Notes: a model not told the origin generated them from the letters alone. A stretch of 64,000 nt of DNA from Escherichia coli (GCA_902499925.1 GCA_902499925.1_4130.1); one strand, 5' to 3'; counted from the first letter of the stretch, positions 1-10,487 are shown. A program made the numbers and translations.

Positions 1-337
1 GATATCACCCGAACCCAGTAACTTGTCACGGAATTGTTTAAACTCGATTTCTTCATCGGATAATGAAAAACCCAAATCCATAAAGCACATACCACCAGCA
101 CTGAAGCATGACCCAGATGATGTACCAATTAAAATATCATCCATCCCATATAAGCCGTAAAAAATATTGGAGTACCAAGTACTAAGTTTACTTCGGTGAT
201 GATATTTAAGAACATTCTTCTTGATATTTACATCTAATGAATTAGCTGTTGATATCACTTTTTTGGTTAAAATAATAGTTTTGTTCAAATTACTCAACCA
301 TACTTTAGTATCAGTTGGGCTAAGAGCAGTGTATTTC
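1..337 (-). CDS. hypothetical protein, N-terminal part only (gene runs off left edge)
   Basis: Open minus frame from ATG near 337 to window edge; contains GTSSG (GxSxG-like) motif; no family assignment. Confidence 0.4.
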
Positions 338-340
338 ATA

Positions 341-865
341 TTAATCCTCTAAATTCCATTCATCAACCATAGTTGAGCATAATTCCATGTGTCGGAAATA
401 TTTCTCATTAAGTGAATATGGACTCTTATAAAATTGTCGTACATCAGTGAATATATCATAGTTTCTATATATAAATGACATATTTTTATTCATGAATTCT
501 ATAATCTTCCATAACTTTTCTGTATCGTTTTGTATAGTTTCTGCACTCAATCCCGTCAATTTCATTAGACGCTTGATTTTAAAGCCAGACTCTATTGACG
601 TATTATTATGCTTGGTTAAGTAACTATAGCCAATGGAACTATATATTAGTTCAATACTATCAGTACTGGTTATTGTTCCTAGAAATGATTTTAAATTTCT
701 ATTCAACCAATACCATTTTTTGTTCTTGTTATAGCAAGAATACCACTTTTTAACTATAGCTATTGCCTCTGAATTTAAACTTTCGGCAAATTCATCAATT
801 AAAAACATGTGATTGAAAAATACATCACTTTGATCTTCAGATAATTTATATTGCTGCATATCCAC
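341..865 (-). CDS. hypothetical protein
   Basis: 174-aa ORF, tightly packed with neighbours on same strand. Confidence 0.55.
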   Translation of the reverse strand: MDMQQYKLSEDQSDVFFNHMFLIDEFAESLNSEAIAIVKKWYSCYNKNKKWYWLNRNLKSFLGTITSTDSIELIYSSIGYSYLTKHNNTSIESGFKIKRLMKLTGLSAETIQNDTEKLWKIIEFMNKNMSFIYRNYDIFTDVRQFYKSPYSLNEKYFRHMELCSTMVDEWNLED

Positions 866-978
866 CTACCCTATTAACAATTACACCTTGGGTATTTACC
901 TTGTATGGATCAATTTTTGATCAATATTTTTTGATATGCAGCAAATAAAATGGGAATCATGAAAGATTCCCTAAGTAA

Positions 979-1425
979 TTATTTCTGGAATGGAGTGTAC
1001 TGGTACTGCTCACAATCGGAAACAGTTAGTACACCTTCATCATAACCGTACTGGAGAATAAGATCAAATGCTTTATCAACCATAGCTACAACGTCTTTGT
1101 AACGAACAATAGTATGTGCCTGTTTCTCAACTGCTTTCATAATACCCATCAACATCCAGCGACCTTCATCAGTGTGAAGTTTAGCAAAACGAGGACGTTT
1201 AGTTGCTGCCATAATGTCAGTCCATTCTGCTTTAAACACTGATGGACGTTTAGGAATATCATACAGAGTTGTTGGGAATGTTACGTTGTTTTTCTTCATA
1301 GCTTCAGCTTGTGCAGCACGATAACCTTGACGGAATAGTGGGTGCTGTGATTTTAGCTGTTCATTGTTAAAAACTACTTTGTTTTTAAACGCGGCAGAAC
1401 CTTCTTTGTATTGTGCATTAGACAT
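979..1425 (-). CDS. hypothetical protein
   Basis: 148-aa ORF, start/stop checked against sequence (cat at 1423-1425, tta at 979-981). Confidence 0.55.
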   Translation of the reverse strand: MSNAQYKEGSAAFKNKVVFNNEQLKSQHPLFRQGYRAAQAEAMKKNNVTFPTTLYDIPKRPSVFKAEWTDIMAATKRPRFAKLHTDEGRWMLMGIMKAVEKQAHTIVRYKDVVAMVDKAFDLILQYGYDEGVLTVSDCEQYQYTPFQK

Positions 1426-1426
1426 A

Positions 1427-1756
1427 TTATTCTTTCCCCTCGTCAGTACTGATGAATTTTTTATCTGAGAATGTGCCGTGTTCTTGACGCATAGCTTCTG
1501 CGTGTTGAACTGCGTTAATTGGATTAATGTTCTTTTTAATAAGAACTTCTTGCATTAATTCGAGAACAATAGAAAAACCATTGAGTACTCGCTCTGCCTC
1601 GTCAACACCTTTCAATTCAATAGCCACTGCACTAATCTGATCTAATGCGGTATTAATAAACTCTGAATCATCTAACACATCATTGACTTCAGTATTATTA
1701 CGTACAAGAACTTTCATATAATCTCCAGAAATAAGATGCCCCAAATGAGGCATCAA
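1427..1756 (-). CDS. hypothetical protein
   Basis: 109-aa ORF immediately upstream of 979..1425. Confidence 0.5.
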   Translation of the reverse strand: MMPHLGHLISGDYMKVLVRNNTEVNDVLDDSEFINTALDQISAVAIELKGVDEAERVLNGFSIVLELMQEVLIKKNINPINAVQHAEAMRQEHGTFSDKKFISTDEGKE

Positions 1757-1768
1757 ATGAAATTCAAA

Positions 1769-2464
1769 TTAGACCCACTCTTCAACGCCACCGCGACGTT
1801 TGACGAGATACTTACCTTCTTCGTTGCGTGGTCCGAGGATGATACCATCAATGAAACCATGTTCACCGTATTCGAGTGCTTCTTCAGCGTTCAACCACAG
1901 GTCACGATCCGCATCTTTCAGTAGTTGTTCGTGTGATACACCAACTGCTTCAGCAATTTCTTTCGTCAATAGTGTGTTCAATGCATCAGAGTGTTTCAAA
2001 GAAATCTTCTGATCGGTAATCAGACCCTGAGTACCGGAACTTACTTGGTGGCACATGAAGTAAGAACGCTTACCACCTAGACGGAAACCTTTAGTACCAA
2101 CAACTGATTGAGTATAGCAACCCATTGATGCTGCATAACCCATTACTACTGTACGGATAGGAGATACACAAGACTTAGCAATGTCAGCGATACCCAAACC
2201 TGCGTGTACTGAACCACCAGGAGAACTAATGTAGAAGGTAATTGGTTCCGAACCCTGAGAATCCAACCACACCAATTGTTGCTTGATGATATGTGCCATT
2301 TGGTCATTGAAGTCAGTATCAAGGAAAATGATACGGTCTTGCATCATACGAGATGCTAGGTCATAAGTACGTTCTGCACCATTAACTTTTTCAACTACAT
2401 AAGGAATAGAAATGTTGCGAACTTCACCACCAGCATAACCACCAAAATTGAATTGTTCAACCAT
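1769..2464 (-). CDS. clpP: ClpP-like ATP-dependent protease proteolytic subunit (S14 peptidase)
   Basis: ISSPGGSV, catalytic Ser in GYAASMG, His in MCHQ, Asp in DADRD; overall colinear with bacterial ClpP. Confidence 0.85.
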   Translation of the reverse strand: MVEQFNFGGYAGGEVRNISIPYVVEKVNGAERTYDLASRMMQDRIIFLDTDFNDQMAHIIKQQLVWLDSQGSEPITFYISSPGGSVHAGLGIADIAKSCVSPIRTVVMGYAASMGCYTQSVVGTKGFRLGGKRSYFMCHQVSSGTQGLITDQKISLKHSDALNTLLTKEIAEAVGVSHEQLLKDADRDLWLNAEEALEYGEHGFIDGIILGPRNEEGKYLVKRRGGVEEWV

Positions 2465-2523
2465 TGTTATTTTCCTCTATTGTTTCATTGATGTGAGTAT
2501 TATATCACAGTGTTCGTATTTGT

Positions 2524-2907
2524 CTACAAGTTTCTTAAAAAATCTAGTAAACCGCAAATTGTATGTTTATTAAACATATCGTGGTCAATCTTTAACAACT
2601 TAACCATAGCATTATCATACACCGTAGAGTCGGTAATGTCAAACAAAGAATTTGTGTAATAACGTTCATTTTCTACATAAATGTATAAGTCATTTGATTT
2701 GTCAAGATCTTCATAGAAGTCAGCATCAAAGTACTCTGCAAATCCATCAATCCAAACCTCAACTGAATCATCATCTAAGCAGTAGTTTCTTGCTTCTTTT
2801 GAATATATTTCCAGCTTTCTGGCTGCACTGGAGTAATGTGTATACGCATTAATTACGTACTTTATTTCATCATTGTACTCAATTACATACACAACGATAT
2901 TTTCCAT
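2524..2907 (-). CDS. hypothetical protein
   Basis: 127-aa ORF. Confidence 0.5.
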   Translation of the reverse strand: MENIVVYVIEYNDEIKYVINAYTHYSSAARKLEIYSKEARNYCLDDDSVEVWIDGFAEYFDADFYEDLDKSNDLYIYVENERYYTNSLFDITDSTVYDNAMVKLLKIDHDMFNKHTICGLLDFLRNL

Positions 2908-3302
2908 CAGTACACCCCTATTGATGTAAGAGCGTATAGAAATTCATAGCGTGTACCAACTGGAATGTCATCAAAATCAATCTCAATCATTCTTAGTGAA
3001 TTTGAAAATTGTTCGTATCTAAAGAACATATTAATTGATAAAGTACTGAATGGCAACACATCACCACGACTATCATCATGAACAAGAACATACACCTTTC
3101 CCACAAATGAATCTAAATCGTCTGCTTGTTTTACATCACGGGTGAAGTGATATCTATCTTTCATCACAGTACCAGTACCATCTGGATTGTAGTATTGGGT
3201 TTTGTCACAAGAGGATAGCATACGCATACCCCATCGTTGATACATATGACAGCTACCCAATATAACAAGCATTTTGTCATCAATGTGAAATGTATGTATC
3301 AT
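2907..3302 (-). CDS. hypothetical protein
   Basis: 131-aa ORF, 1-nt overlap with downstream gene. Confidence 0.5.
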   Translation of the reverse strand: MIHTFHIDDKMLVILGSCHMYQRWGMRMLSSCDKTQYYNPDGTGTVMKDRYHFTRDVKQADDLDSFVGKVYVLVHDDSRGDVLPFSTLSINMFFRYEQFSNSLRMIEIDFDDIPVGTRYEFLYALTSIGVY

Positions 3303-3311
3303 AACCTCACC

Positions 3312-4103
3312 TTAGATTTCAAATACAAATTTAGGATCGTAATCGAAGTTCTCACATGCACCACTGTAAGATTCATAACCTCTTGGGTTACAAATGATAC
3401 GAGTTTTTCCAATGTTGTAGTCAAAACTACTATGAACATGACCATGAATCCAAACATCAGCACCCAAATCTTCGATGTACTGGTCCATATCAGAACAATA
3501 ACATCCATTCAGTGAGTCATTCTTGTATCTCGGAGATACACTCTGATAACTTGGTGCATGATGTGTTACCACCACAACCTTGATATCATTATCATTCATT
3601 AGACGAACTGTGTCAACTGAATTTTTGATAAATTGTTTATCCTGATAATGCATGAACTCAACATCATCAGGTTTGAGCTTACGTTTCCACGGTTCTGATG
3701 TTGTTCCATGACGAATGTGTTTATAATCATTCATCTTTTGTTGAGCATCAAACTTAACCAGTGCATTGCCTTTATCAAAGTCAGTCCACAGTGTACTGCC
3801 AACCAGCAGTACACCATCCAGCCATACAAATTTGTTTTGCAAAAAGATGAAATTTGGAATCTCATCTTGCATATCGGATAGTACTTTATTAGTCTTGTGA
3901 ATGTTTGAACCGTAGTACTCATGATTACCAGGAACCAGTACTACATTCTTGAACTGCTTGCACAGGGATTCGATACCAGTACGATAACGACTGCGTTTAG
4001 CTTCATCAAAGTCCCCTGCAATAATCAGCACTGTATCACTGTAATCACCACTATGGAGGTAATCAGTGCCACCGTGTACGTCTGACGTTACAACAAATTT
4101 CAT
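3312..4103 (-). CDS. calcineurin-like metallophosphoesterase
   Basis: Metallophosphoesterase signature blocks DVHG, GDFD, GNHE, HGHVH; AGGAGG RBS upstream of ATG. Confidence 0.75.
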   Translation of the reverse strand: MKFVVTSDVHGGTDYLHSGDYSDTVLIIAGDFDEAKRSRYRTGIESLCKQFKNVVLVPGNHEYYGSNIHKTNKVLSDMQDEIPNFIFLQNKFVWLDGVLLVGSTLWTDFDKGNALVKFDAQQKMNDYKHIRHGTTSEPWKRKLKPDDVEFMHYQDKQFIKNSVDTVRLMNDNDIKVVVVTHHAPSYQSVSPRYKNDSLNGCYCSDMDQYIEDLGADVWIHGHVHSSFDYNIGKTRIICNPRGYESYSGACENFDYDPKFVFEI

Positions 4104-4122
4104 AATTACCTCCTATAAATGA

Positions 4123-5541
4123 TTAACCGAGTGATTCAAGAATACTATTAGAGAACACCTCAACCGCACTATCACGAATTTCTAAGATACGAGTATAGTC
4201 GTCACAAGTGTTTTTGTCAAATCTAAATTCAATAAACACTGGTAAAAATAGTGATGGCTCGCCAGTACGCTTATCGAATACAATATCATTGCACTCTACT
4301 GTTACTACTTGACCGATGAGTTCTTGCATTCTTTCCCAAATGGTTTTAAACGTCCATTCTGCGTCTTTCTCTTTAATTCCAGTACCTACATTAACTTTTA
4401 ATGTACCACAAGCACTTTCCAGTTGTAAAGAACCAAGGCTACCTTTACGCTTACCTTCACCTTCATTGAAACCAACAATACGCAAGTCCAATTGCATCTT
4501 AAGTTTCATTTTCAATTGCTTAGGAGAAGTGTGAGATTTCCAGATACCATCTTCACATTTCAGTACTGAACCCTCTTCACCTTCGTTCATTAGTTCACTA
4601 TTGTACTCAAATGCTTCTTTGATGTTTAGAACTTTACGGAATCCAACCATACGAACAAAATCACTACCGAGTTCGTTAATTGCATCTACTAAGATCTCAC
4701 GGCGTTCTTTACGTTTTACATCCCATACACCTTCACAAAATGCATCATATGGAACAACATCCCATAGAACGAATACAGTACGCATTGCTTCATTCTGACT
4801 GATGCTATCTTTACCAGCTTTCTGGATAATACCGTTACCAGTAGTGCGTGGGAGAATGGTTTCTCCATCATTGTCCAGTACTACACCTTCACCCATAAAG
4901 ACTACACCACTACTAAAACGTTCATCTTTACTTTGGATGATGTGAGCAAGACCTGCCATTTCACCATCACGACAACCCAGGAAGTCGTATAGTTTACCAT
5001 TACGGGATGTAGAAGTTAATGAACCATTAATGACAACGTGGTTCAAGTACTGACCATCCATTTTCACTTCTGATATAGCATAACCATAATCTTTGAAGTT
5101 AATGTTCTTTGCAGTCTTTTTGTCAATCAAAGAACAACGCATGTATGGTTCGTCTTTGATGAAACCTTTCCCGAACACATCATTGCAGTTCTTTTCTTGG
5201 ATACCACAATCAAGGTTCTTCGTGAGCATTTTACGAAGAACTTCTTGGTCATCTTCTGATACAGAACCCAGTACTGAAGCAATGAAGTCACGTCCAGCAT
5301 TTCCGGTCACACCACGTTTGTAAATGCATTCTAGCTTATCAATAGCTTCATCTAATGTCATATGTTGGTATACATCATCAGCTTGTGGTAGCTTTTTATA
5401 CCCACTTACAATTGAAGGGTCTAGTGTATATTTCAGTACTTTTTGTAATGTTTGGTTATCTTTGTTTTGTTCAAGGATAGCTTTTTTACCCAGAGTACTG
5501 CTAGTATTTTTAATGCTTTCAAGAATTGCTAAAATGCTCAT
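4123..5541 (-). CDS. 30: ATP-dependent DNA ligase (T4 gp30-like)
   Basis: N-terminus MSILAILESIK...KKAILEQNKDNQTLQKVLKYTL closely parallels T4 DNA ligase N-terminus; KxDG adenylation motif EVKMDGQ. Confidence 0.9.
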   Translation of the reverse strand: MSILAILESIKNTSSTLGKKAILEQNKDNQTLQKVLKYTLDPSIVSGYKKLPQADDVYQHMTLDEAIDKLECIYKRGVTGNAGRDFIASVLGSVSEDDQEVLRKMLTKNLDCGIQEKNCNDVFGKGFIKDEPYMRCSLIDKKTAKNINFKDYGYAISEVKMDGQYLNHVVINGSLTSTSRNGKLYDFLGCRDGEMAGLAHIIQSKDERFSSGVVFMGEGVVLDNDGETILPRTTGNGIIQKAGKDSISQNEAMRTVFVLWDVVPYDAFCEGVWDVKRKERREILVDAINELGSDFVRMVGFRKVLNIKEAFEYNSELMNEGEEGSVLKCEDGIWKSHTSPKQLKMKLKMQLDLRIVGFNEGEGKRKGSLGSLQLESACGTLKVNVGTGIKEKDAEWTFKTIWERMQELIGQVVTVECNDIVFDKRTGEPSLFLPVFIEFRFDKNTCDDYTRILEIRDSAVEVFSNSILESLG

Positions 5542-5552
5542 TGTATATTCCC

Positions 5553-6755
5553 TTATAGATAATACTTTCCAATGTAAAGTTTATTACTTAGTGATAGCTG
5601 GACGTGACAAGGTTTTTCTTGGTAGTAACGAGTTGATGATGTTTTATTTTCTGTTGGTGGGAAGAAAGGAGAACGGTATCCGTTCCATGTACCAAATGAT
5701 ACATGCTCGTTTAAATCCACATCCATTGTCATAATACCATTAGCATCAATTTCAACTGGATATGCACTGTATCGTTCAAATACATCAGTGTATTGAAGAA
5801 TATAATCACCATTACGACCATAATAACTTCTGGTTGTATTGTTCTTTACACCAAAGAAAACACGATATGCCTGTTCATCAACTTTACACATGAACGGAAC
5901 GTTCTCGTTGAATCGTCCATTACTCATTATATCATCAGGATTGATTTCTTCGTACTTTACTTTCAAATCTTGTGCTTTAAACGACTTATCACTTATCAGT
6001 ACTGGTATATTGCTTTCACATAATGGGTTACTGCGATTTCGTTGGATATTTTGCCAAAATGCATTAGCTTTAACAATTTCATCTTGAACTGTTGTTTTCA
6101 CATTCAGTGCAGCACTTGGTTCTAATGCATAAGTTTCAAGACGAGCATTAAGAGCATATGTCCCACGAGTAGTATTATATACTAAGTGATACTTGGAACT
6201 CTTATCAGAAAATGAAAACTCTTTAGTTTTCTTGATACAAATAGCATTTACTTTACCACAATAATAGTAATCTTCTTTATTGTGTCTAAAACCATCACCT
6301 ACTTTCAATTTAGAAACAACTTCTTTTTGTTGTTCTTTCTTATTCTCCTTCTCAACCAATTTAGCAAAGGTTTTAGTTTTACCGTTAATTAGTTCTAAAC
6401 TATTATTAAAGAACATAGGTTCAACAAATACACCCTTAACAATATCATTGTTGATGATAAGGTCGTTCATGTTTTTAGCACTCACCAAGAACTCGAAACC
6501 TTCAGGGTGACGTATGGTGAAGTATGTTTCACGAGCATGAACAGTGAGCTTATGTACCACAGAAAATCCAATTGTAGGCACATTATCAATCCATAGTGAA
6601 GGTAGATTGTTTTTCTTAGCCCAGTACTCGGCCTTTTCTTTTTTAGTCTCAAACGCTTTTGTGTGTGATTTTGTAGCATCTATAATGTAACCAGTAACTT
6701 GGTTATGATTTACATATGAACGAGCCACAAATAACTTCTCTGGAAAATCCATCAA
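5553..6755 (-). CDS. hypothetical protein
   Basis: 400-aa ORF, no recognisable motif. Confidence 0.6.
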   Translation of the reverse strand: MMDFPEKLFVARSYVNHNQVTGYIIDATKSHTKAFETKKEKAEYWAKKNNLPSLWIDNVPTIGFSVVHKLTVHARETYFTIRHPEGFEFLVSAKNMNDLIINNDIVKGVFVEPMFFNNSLELINGKTKTFAKLVEKENKKEQQKEVVSKLKVGDGFRHNKEDYYYCGKVNAICIKKTKEFSFSDKSSKYHLVYNTTRGTYALNARLETYALEPSAALNVKTTVQDEIVKANAFWQNIQRNRSNPLCESNIPVLISDKSFKAQDLKVKYEEINPDDIMSNGRFNENVPFMCKVDEQAYRVFFGVKNNTTRSYYGRNGDYILQYTDVFERYSAYPVEIDANGIMTMDVDLNEHVSFGTWNGYRSPFFPPTENKTSSTRYYQEKPCHVQLSLSNKLYIGKYYL

Positions 6756-7171
6756 ACAGTCCTCATTGTACTAATTGCTTTTAATGTGTTAAACAATGAA
6801 CCATATTTTACTTGCATTAGTTGATCCCCAGCAGGAAGATTCATACGCATAACAGACATGTCTTCAACCATTTCAGATGTACACAGTACTGCTACACATG
6901 TAGTTGCATCATTTAATCCGGCTTCATTGAATTTAGCGAATGGCACTTTTCCCTGCTTACAAAGGTCATCATAATAAGAATTTAACTTATCATGACCACC
7001 AGCATTTAGTACTACAATAGTTTCGTGGTCATAATACCATTCATCAATAATAGTACTGAAAGCAGTACCTTCATATTCTTTAATTAGTTTTACGCCAGCA
7101 TGAAATGCTTGAATTCCAGCTTGTACACCTTGGCAGTACATGTTTGTTAAGCAATATAATTTCATTTCCAT
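6752..7171 (-). CDS. hypothetical protein
   Basis: 139-aa ORF, 4-nt overlap with upstream gene. Confidence 0.55.
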   Translation of the reverse strand: MEMKLYCLTNMYCQGVQAGIQAFHAGVKLIKEYEGTAFSTIIDEWYYDHETIVVLNAGGHDKLNSYYDDLCKQGKVPFAKFNEAGLNDATTCVAVLCTSEMVEDMSVMRMNLPAGDQLMQVKYGSLFNTLKAISTMRTV

Positions 7172-7389
7172 ACCTCTTGTTTTTCTACAAACCCTTTACC
7201 ATCACAATGTGGACAAGCATAATAACTGCGATAGTCTTCAGATGGTACTTGTTGTGTTCCATTACATGTAGGGCATACTTTACGTGCACCAGAAATAATA
7301 CGTTCATGATGTTCAGCTTGTTTAGCTGAATCAAAAATACGACCATCTTCAGTTTGGTATTTTTCTACCATAACTTGAATTACTTTCAT
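7162..7389 (-). CDS. small zinc-ribbon protein
   Basis: 75 aa with CPTCNG...CPHCDG (two CxxC pairs). Confidence 0.5.
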   Translation of the reverse strand: MKVIQVMVEKYQTEDGRIFDSAKQAEHHERIISGARKVCPTCNGTQQVPSEDYRSYYACPHCDGKGFVEKQEVWK

Positions 7390-7399
7390 TTCTATTTCC

Positions 7400-7705
7400 T
7401 TATAAAAATGTTAAATCTTCAGTACTTAATTGTGATAATTTACCATCATATTCAACTTCAACATATATTGTTTGGTCTGAAATTGTAACTACTCTTCTAA
7501 TAACACCATCAACCACGACATTTTTTTTGTAATAGAATTTAACCTCTGCACCAATAAGTTTTTTTGATAGGAAGTTACGTACCTGTTTGATCTGGTCGGC
7601 AAGTATAGAATTGATGGTTTTTTTCATAATATATAAATCATACAATGATTTTTTAATATCATCATGCATATTATTACCTTTTGAAGCGGTTAAATGAATA
7701 CTCAT
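7400..7705 (-). CDS. small hypothetical protein (loose family D, KxIGxxV core)
   Basis: 101 aa; LSKKLIGAEVKFYY segment resembles other small ORFs in 7-15 kb. Confidence 0.45.
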   Translation of the reverse strand: MSIHLTASKGNNMHDDIKKSLYDLYIMKKTINSILADQIKQVRNFLSKKLIGAEVKFYYKKNVVVDGVIRRVVTISDQTIYVEVEYDGKLSQLSTEDLTFL

Positions 7706-8432
7706 CTTTTTCTTTACGTAAGTATCTCATCCCGTCACTTTGGGGAGTTGCAAGAGTTAAATCACCAGTTAAAAACTGACTATCAATCCAGATACGATTA
7801 CCGTAGATGAGTGGGTCTGATACTGCGGTATGACCACTAAAGACGCAATGGATACCATCAAGTCTAGGGACGTAATATGTGTTATTTTTCTTGCAGTAGT
7901 CGAATGTATCACGGTCCCACAAGCACTTATCAATTATATCAGCACTAAGTGATTTTGTCCCACTAACGAAACGTTCCCATGTGGTATATTCCAAAGGAAC
8001 ACCAGCATGAACCAGTCCAATCTTCAATCCTCGGTGATTGATTTGGATAATCATAGGGAGATCCTTTAAGTACTGACGAAAGAACTGTATACCAGTCTCA
8101 CCAACTTCATCAAGGAACTTGTCGCCACCATTGGACATCCAGCAGTGATACCAGTCACGGTGAGTTTCAGAATCAACACACATGATCTCATGGTTCCCAG
8201 CAATCATAAAACGGTTTTCACCGAAAAGGAATTCAAATAGTAGTTTGGAATTCTGGTCACCACGGTCAATAACATCACCTACACAAAAAACATAGTCATT
8301 ATTGGTGATACCAAATTCTTTCTTGGTAGCATCCCACAGTTTTCCGTTGCCGTGTAAATCACCAACGATATATAAATCTTTATCATCCGGTACTGTAACT
8401 TCCAAAAAATGTTTCATTATTGTTCCAACCAT
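7674..8432 (-). CDS. Ser/Thr protein phosphatase-like metallophosphoesterase (PP-lambda/ApaH-like)
   Basis: GDLHGN, GDVIDRG, GNHE motifs; alternative start at MKHFLEV (8417). Confidence 0.75.
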   Translation of the reverse strand: MVGTIMKHFLEVTVPDDKDLYIVGDLHGNGKLWDATKKEFGITNNDYVFCVGDVIDRGDQNSKLLFEFLFGENRFMIAGNHEIMCVDSETHRDWYHCWMSNGGDKFLDEVGETGIQFFRQYLKDLPMIIQINHRGLKIGLVHAGVPLEYTTWERFVSGTKSLSADIIDKCLWDRDTFDYCKKNNTYYVPRLDGIHCVFSGHTAVSDPLIYGNRIWIDSQFLTGDLTLATPQSDGMRYLRKEKDEYSFNRFKR

Positions 8433-8671
8433 ATAATGTTAGTGTGTTTTGTAACTTGTGTTCCTGCAAAAGAACCATCTTTAAGATACGTATTAACTTT
8501 GAAACGCCATTCACCACCGCTAATATACATATCAGCGATAATGTACTTCCCATAACCCCTTGAGTTTATCAAACGTACTTCTTGTCCAATATACTTCGGC
8601 TTCAAATCATTAATAAAATCATCAGCCAAAGACATAAGATATCGCAAATGTGAATAGTCGGTGTTGAACAT
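8417..8671 (-). CDS. small hypothetical protein (loose family D)
   Basis: Track ORF 8417..8746 trimmed to internal Met (MFNTDY) giving TAATG junction with upstream ORF; KYIGQEVRLIN segment. Confidence 0.4.
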   Translation of the reverse strand: MFNTDYSHLRYLMSLADDFINDLKPKYIGQEVRLINSRGYGKYIIADMYISGGEWRFKVNTYLKDGSFAGTQVTKHTNIIWLEQ

Positions 8672-8886
8672 TATTTCTTTCTCTTGAAGTGGGATATAAT
8701 ATCTTTTATTATTGAGATAAAAAGATACACCATAGTTACAGGCCAAATTATAGCCATCAGTGCTGCTGATTGTAGACTCATTGCAGTTATGATTTCATCT
8801 TTGAAACATTTCCAATTCAGTACTAGAAAGTTACATATAAATGAGCAAAACGCTACGAACCCATATATTGCAAAAAATGTAGTCAT
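8671..8886 (-). CDS. small membrane protein
   Basis: 71 aa, two hydrophobic helices, C-terminal KRKK. Confidence 0.4.
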   Translation of the reverse strand: MTTFFAIYGFVAFCSFICNFLVLNWKCFKDEIITAMSLQSAALMAIIWPVTMVYLFISIIKDIISHFKRKK

Positions 8887-8888
8887 TA

Positions 8889-9221
8889 TTATTCCTCATC
8901 AACTTGAATAAGATATTCTAAACTTATTTCATCACCAAAGGCAGCGGCATCAATTGCATCGTGATTGATGTATTCTACTTGTGCAATTAAACGTATACCG
9001 TATTTCATAATTTCAATAATTCTCATTCTTGTATTGGAATTTATGTACTGGTAGTATGATTCATACTCTGGATCATCGTCAATTTCCGCATATCGGTTGA
9101 TGTACTCGTCAGTAAATTTTACTATCTTACCGACGAGTTCTGTTTCTGCACTTTTATAGAAATCATCTTTCATTTGATGCAACGCAATCAAGTACTGATT
9201 ATATTGTGCAAGATGTTTCAT
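8889..9221 (-). CDS. hypothetical protein
   Basis: 110-aa acidic ORF. Confidence 0.5.
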   Translation of the reverse strand: MKHLAQYNQYLIALHQMKDDFYKSAETELVGKIVKFTDEYINRYAEIDDDPEYESYYQYINSNTRMRIIEIMKYGIRLIAQVEYINHDAIDAAAFGDEISLEYLIQVDEE

Positions 9222-9223
9222 TG

Positions 9224-9820
9224 TTAATCACAGCTACCGGAACTGGAACTTGAGCTTGAATCACAGCTAGAGCTATCATATGAACCAGTATCAGCAGAAG
9301 AGATATATGGCGTTACGATTGCTGCGGTGGTGGCTGCTGTAATAATATGGGAAGTATGGTCGTGTGTACCTTGTTGTGGTTCATCTTGGACTTTGTTTTT
9401 ATTCTTCCCTTTAGTATAGCGAGCTTTCTTTGTAGTTTTGGTGTTCTTTGGTGCTTTAGTACTTTTCGGTGCTGCTTTAGGCTTTACTTCATTAACTACA
9501 GGAACAACAGTAACATTAACTTTAGGGTCAGATTCATCAAGTGCATTGTGAACATTCACTTGCATTTGAACTTCAACTTTAAGTTCTTCTTGTTCTTCAG
9601 GAATAACTTTTTCAGGTTCTGGTGTAACCTGATCACGTTTATCATTAATCATGAAGTTGATATTACGTTCACCTAGTACTAATAAAGTAACAATGGTGAG
9701 TACTGGGGTCAGTACTAGACTAAGTAGTACATAACCGATAACACTACGGTTGTAATTGTATGCAAGCATACCTGCAATGACTACACCTAGTACACTAATA
9801 ACTGCTGCGATTGTTAACAT
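9224..9820 (-). CDS. membrane-anchored protein with Lys-rich and Ser/Cys/Asp-rich tail
   Basis: N-terminal TM helices, KxK-rich middle, C-terminal SSSSSSSSGSCD low-complexity. Confidence 0.5.
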   Translation of the reverse strand: MLTIAAVISVLGVVIAGMLAYNYNRSVIGYVLLSLVLTPVLTIVTLLVLGERNINFMINDKRDQVTPEPEKVIPEEQEELKVEVQMQVNVHNALDESDPKVNVTVVPVVNEVKPKAAPKSTKAPKNTKTTKKARYTKGKNKNKVQDEPQQGTHDHTSHIITAATTAAIVTPYISSADTGSYDSSSCDSSSSSSSGSCD

Positions 9821-10133
9821 ATTCTACTCCTTTGTATATAAATTTACCAATATCTTCGATGTATAAACAGATTCCACCTCGTTCATTTAACACAACCCAA
9901 TCACCAAAACCGCAACGAATGTTTTGTATATTAAATTCTTCAATACCATCCGGTGAATACGCAATGAATGGACATAAATCATCTGATATCCCATTTACAT
10001 AGTTATTACATATTAAATCAAATGTATGTGAACTATAAGAATTATCAGTACTGAAAATGTGCATTAATGAACTAGATAGAATTACTATTGTTTTTTCCCA
10101 CATTTTTAAAAAATCGTTATTCACAACAACCAC
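9795..10133 (-). CDS. hypothetical protein
   Basis: 112-aa ORF. Confidence 0.45.
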   Translation of the reverse strand: MVVVNNDFLKMWEKTIVILSSSLMHIFSTDNSYSSHTFDLICNNYVNGISDDLCPFIAYSPDGIEEFNIQNIRCGFGDWVVLNERGGICLYIEDIGKFIYKGVEYVNNRSSY

Positions 10134-10181
10134 TCCATGTCAGTGTCGTAATGAAATTATATCACCGAATCAAGATATGTC

Positions 10182-10487
10182 TCATGAGATTCGCATTTCA
10201 TCCAGATATAAACTACATGCTTCGAAATTGTTGTCAGCACTTAAACCTAAATCAACCATCAGACCACAATGCGTTCCCCAGAATTTCTTTATGTATAGTT
10301 TTTTGCTACTATTACCTAAATCATAAACATATTCATTTTTAAATATACTTTTTAATTCTTCACATATACATTTTATTATCTTCATTAATTGATTATGATA
10401 TTCGTATGGTATTCCATCAAGTTCGTTAATTATTAATGCAAAACCATCATCATAGTACTTAAGTTTATTGAATGTTTGTATATCCAT
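10182..10487 (-). CDS. hypothetical protein
   Basis: 101-aa ORF. Confidence 0.45.
   Translation of the reverse strand: MDIQTFNKLKYYDDGFALIINELDGIPYEYHNQLMKIIKCICEELKSIFKNEYVYDLGNSSKKLYIKKFWGTHCGLMVDLGLSADNNFEACSLYLDEMRIS

Noticed and set aside
1-337. Patatin-like phospholipase call for the left-edge partial ORF
   Set aside because: Based only on a GTSSG pentapeptide; too little sequence in the window to support a family assignment.
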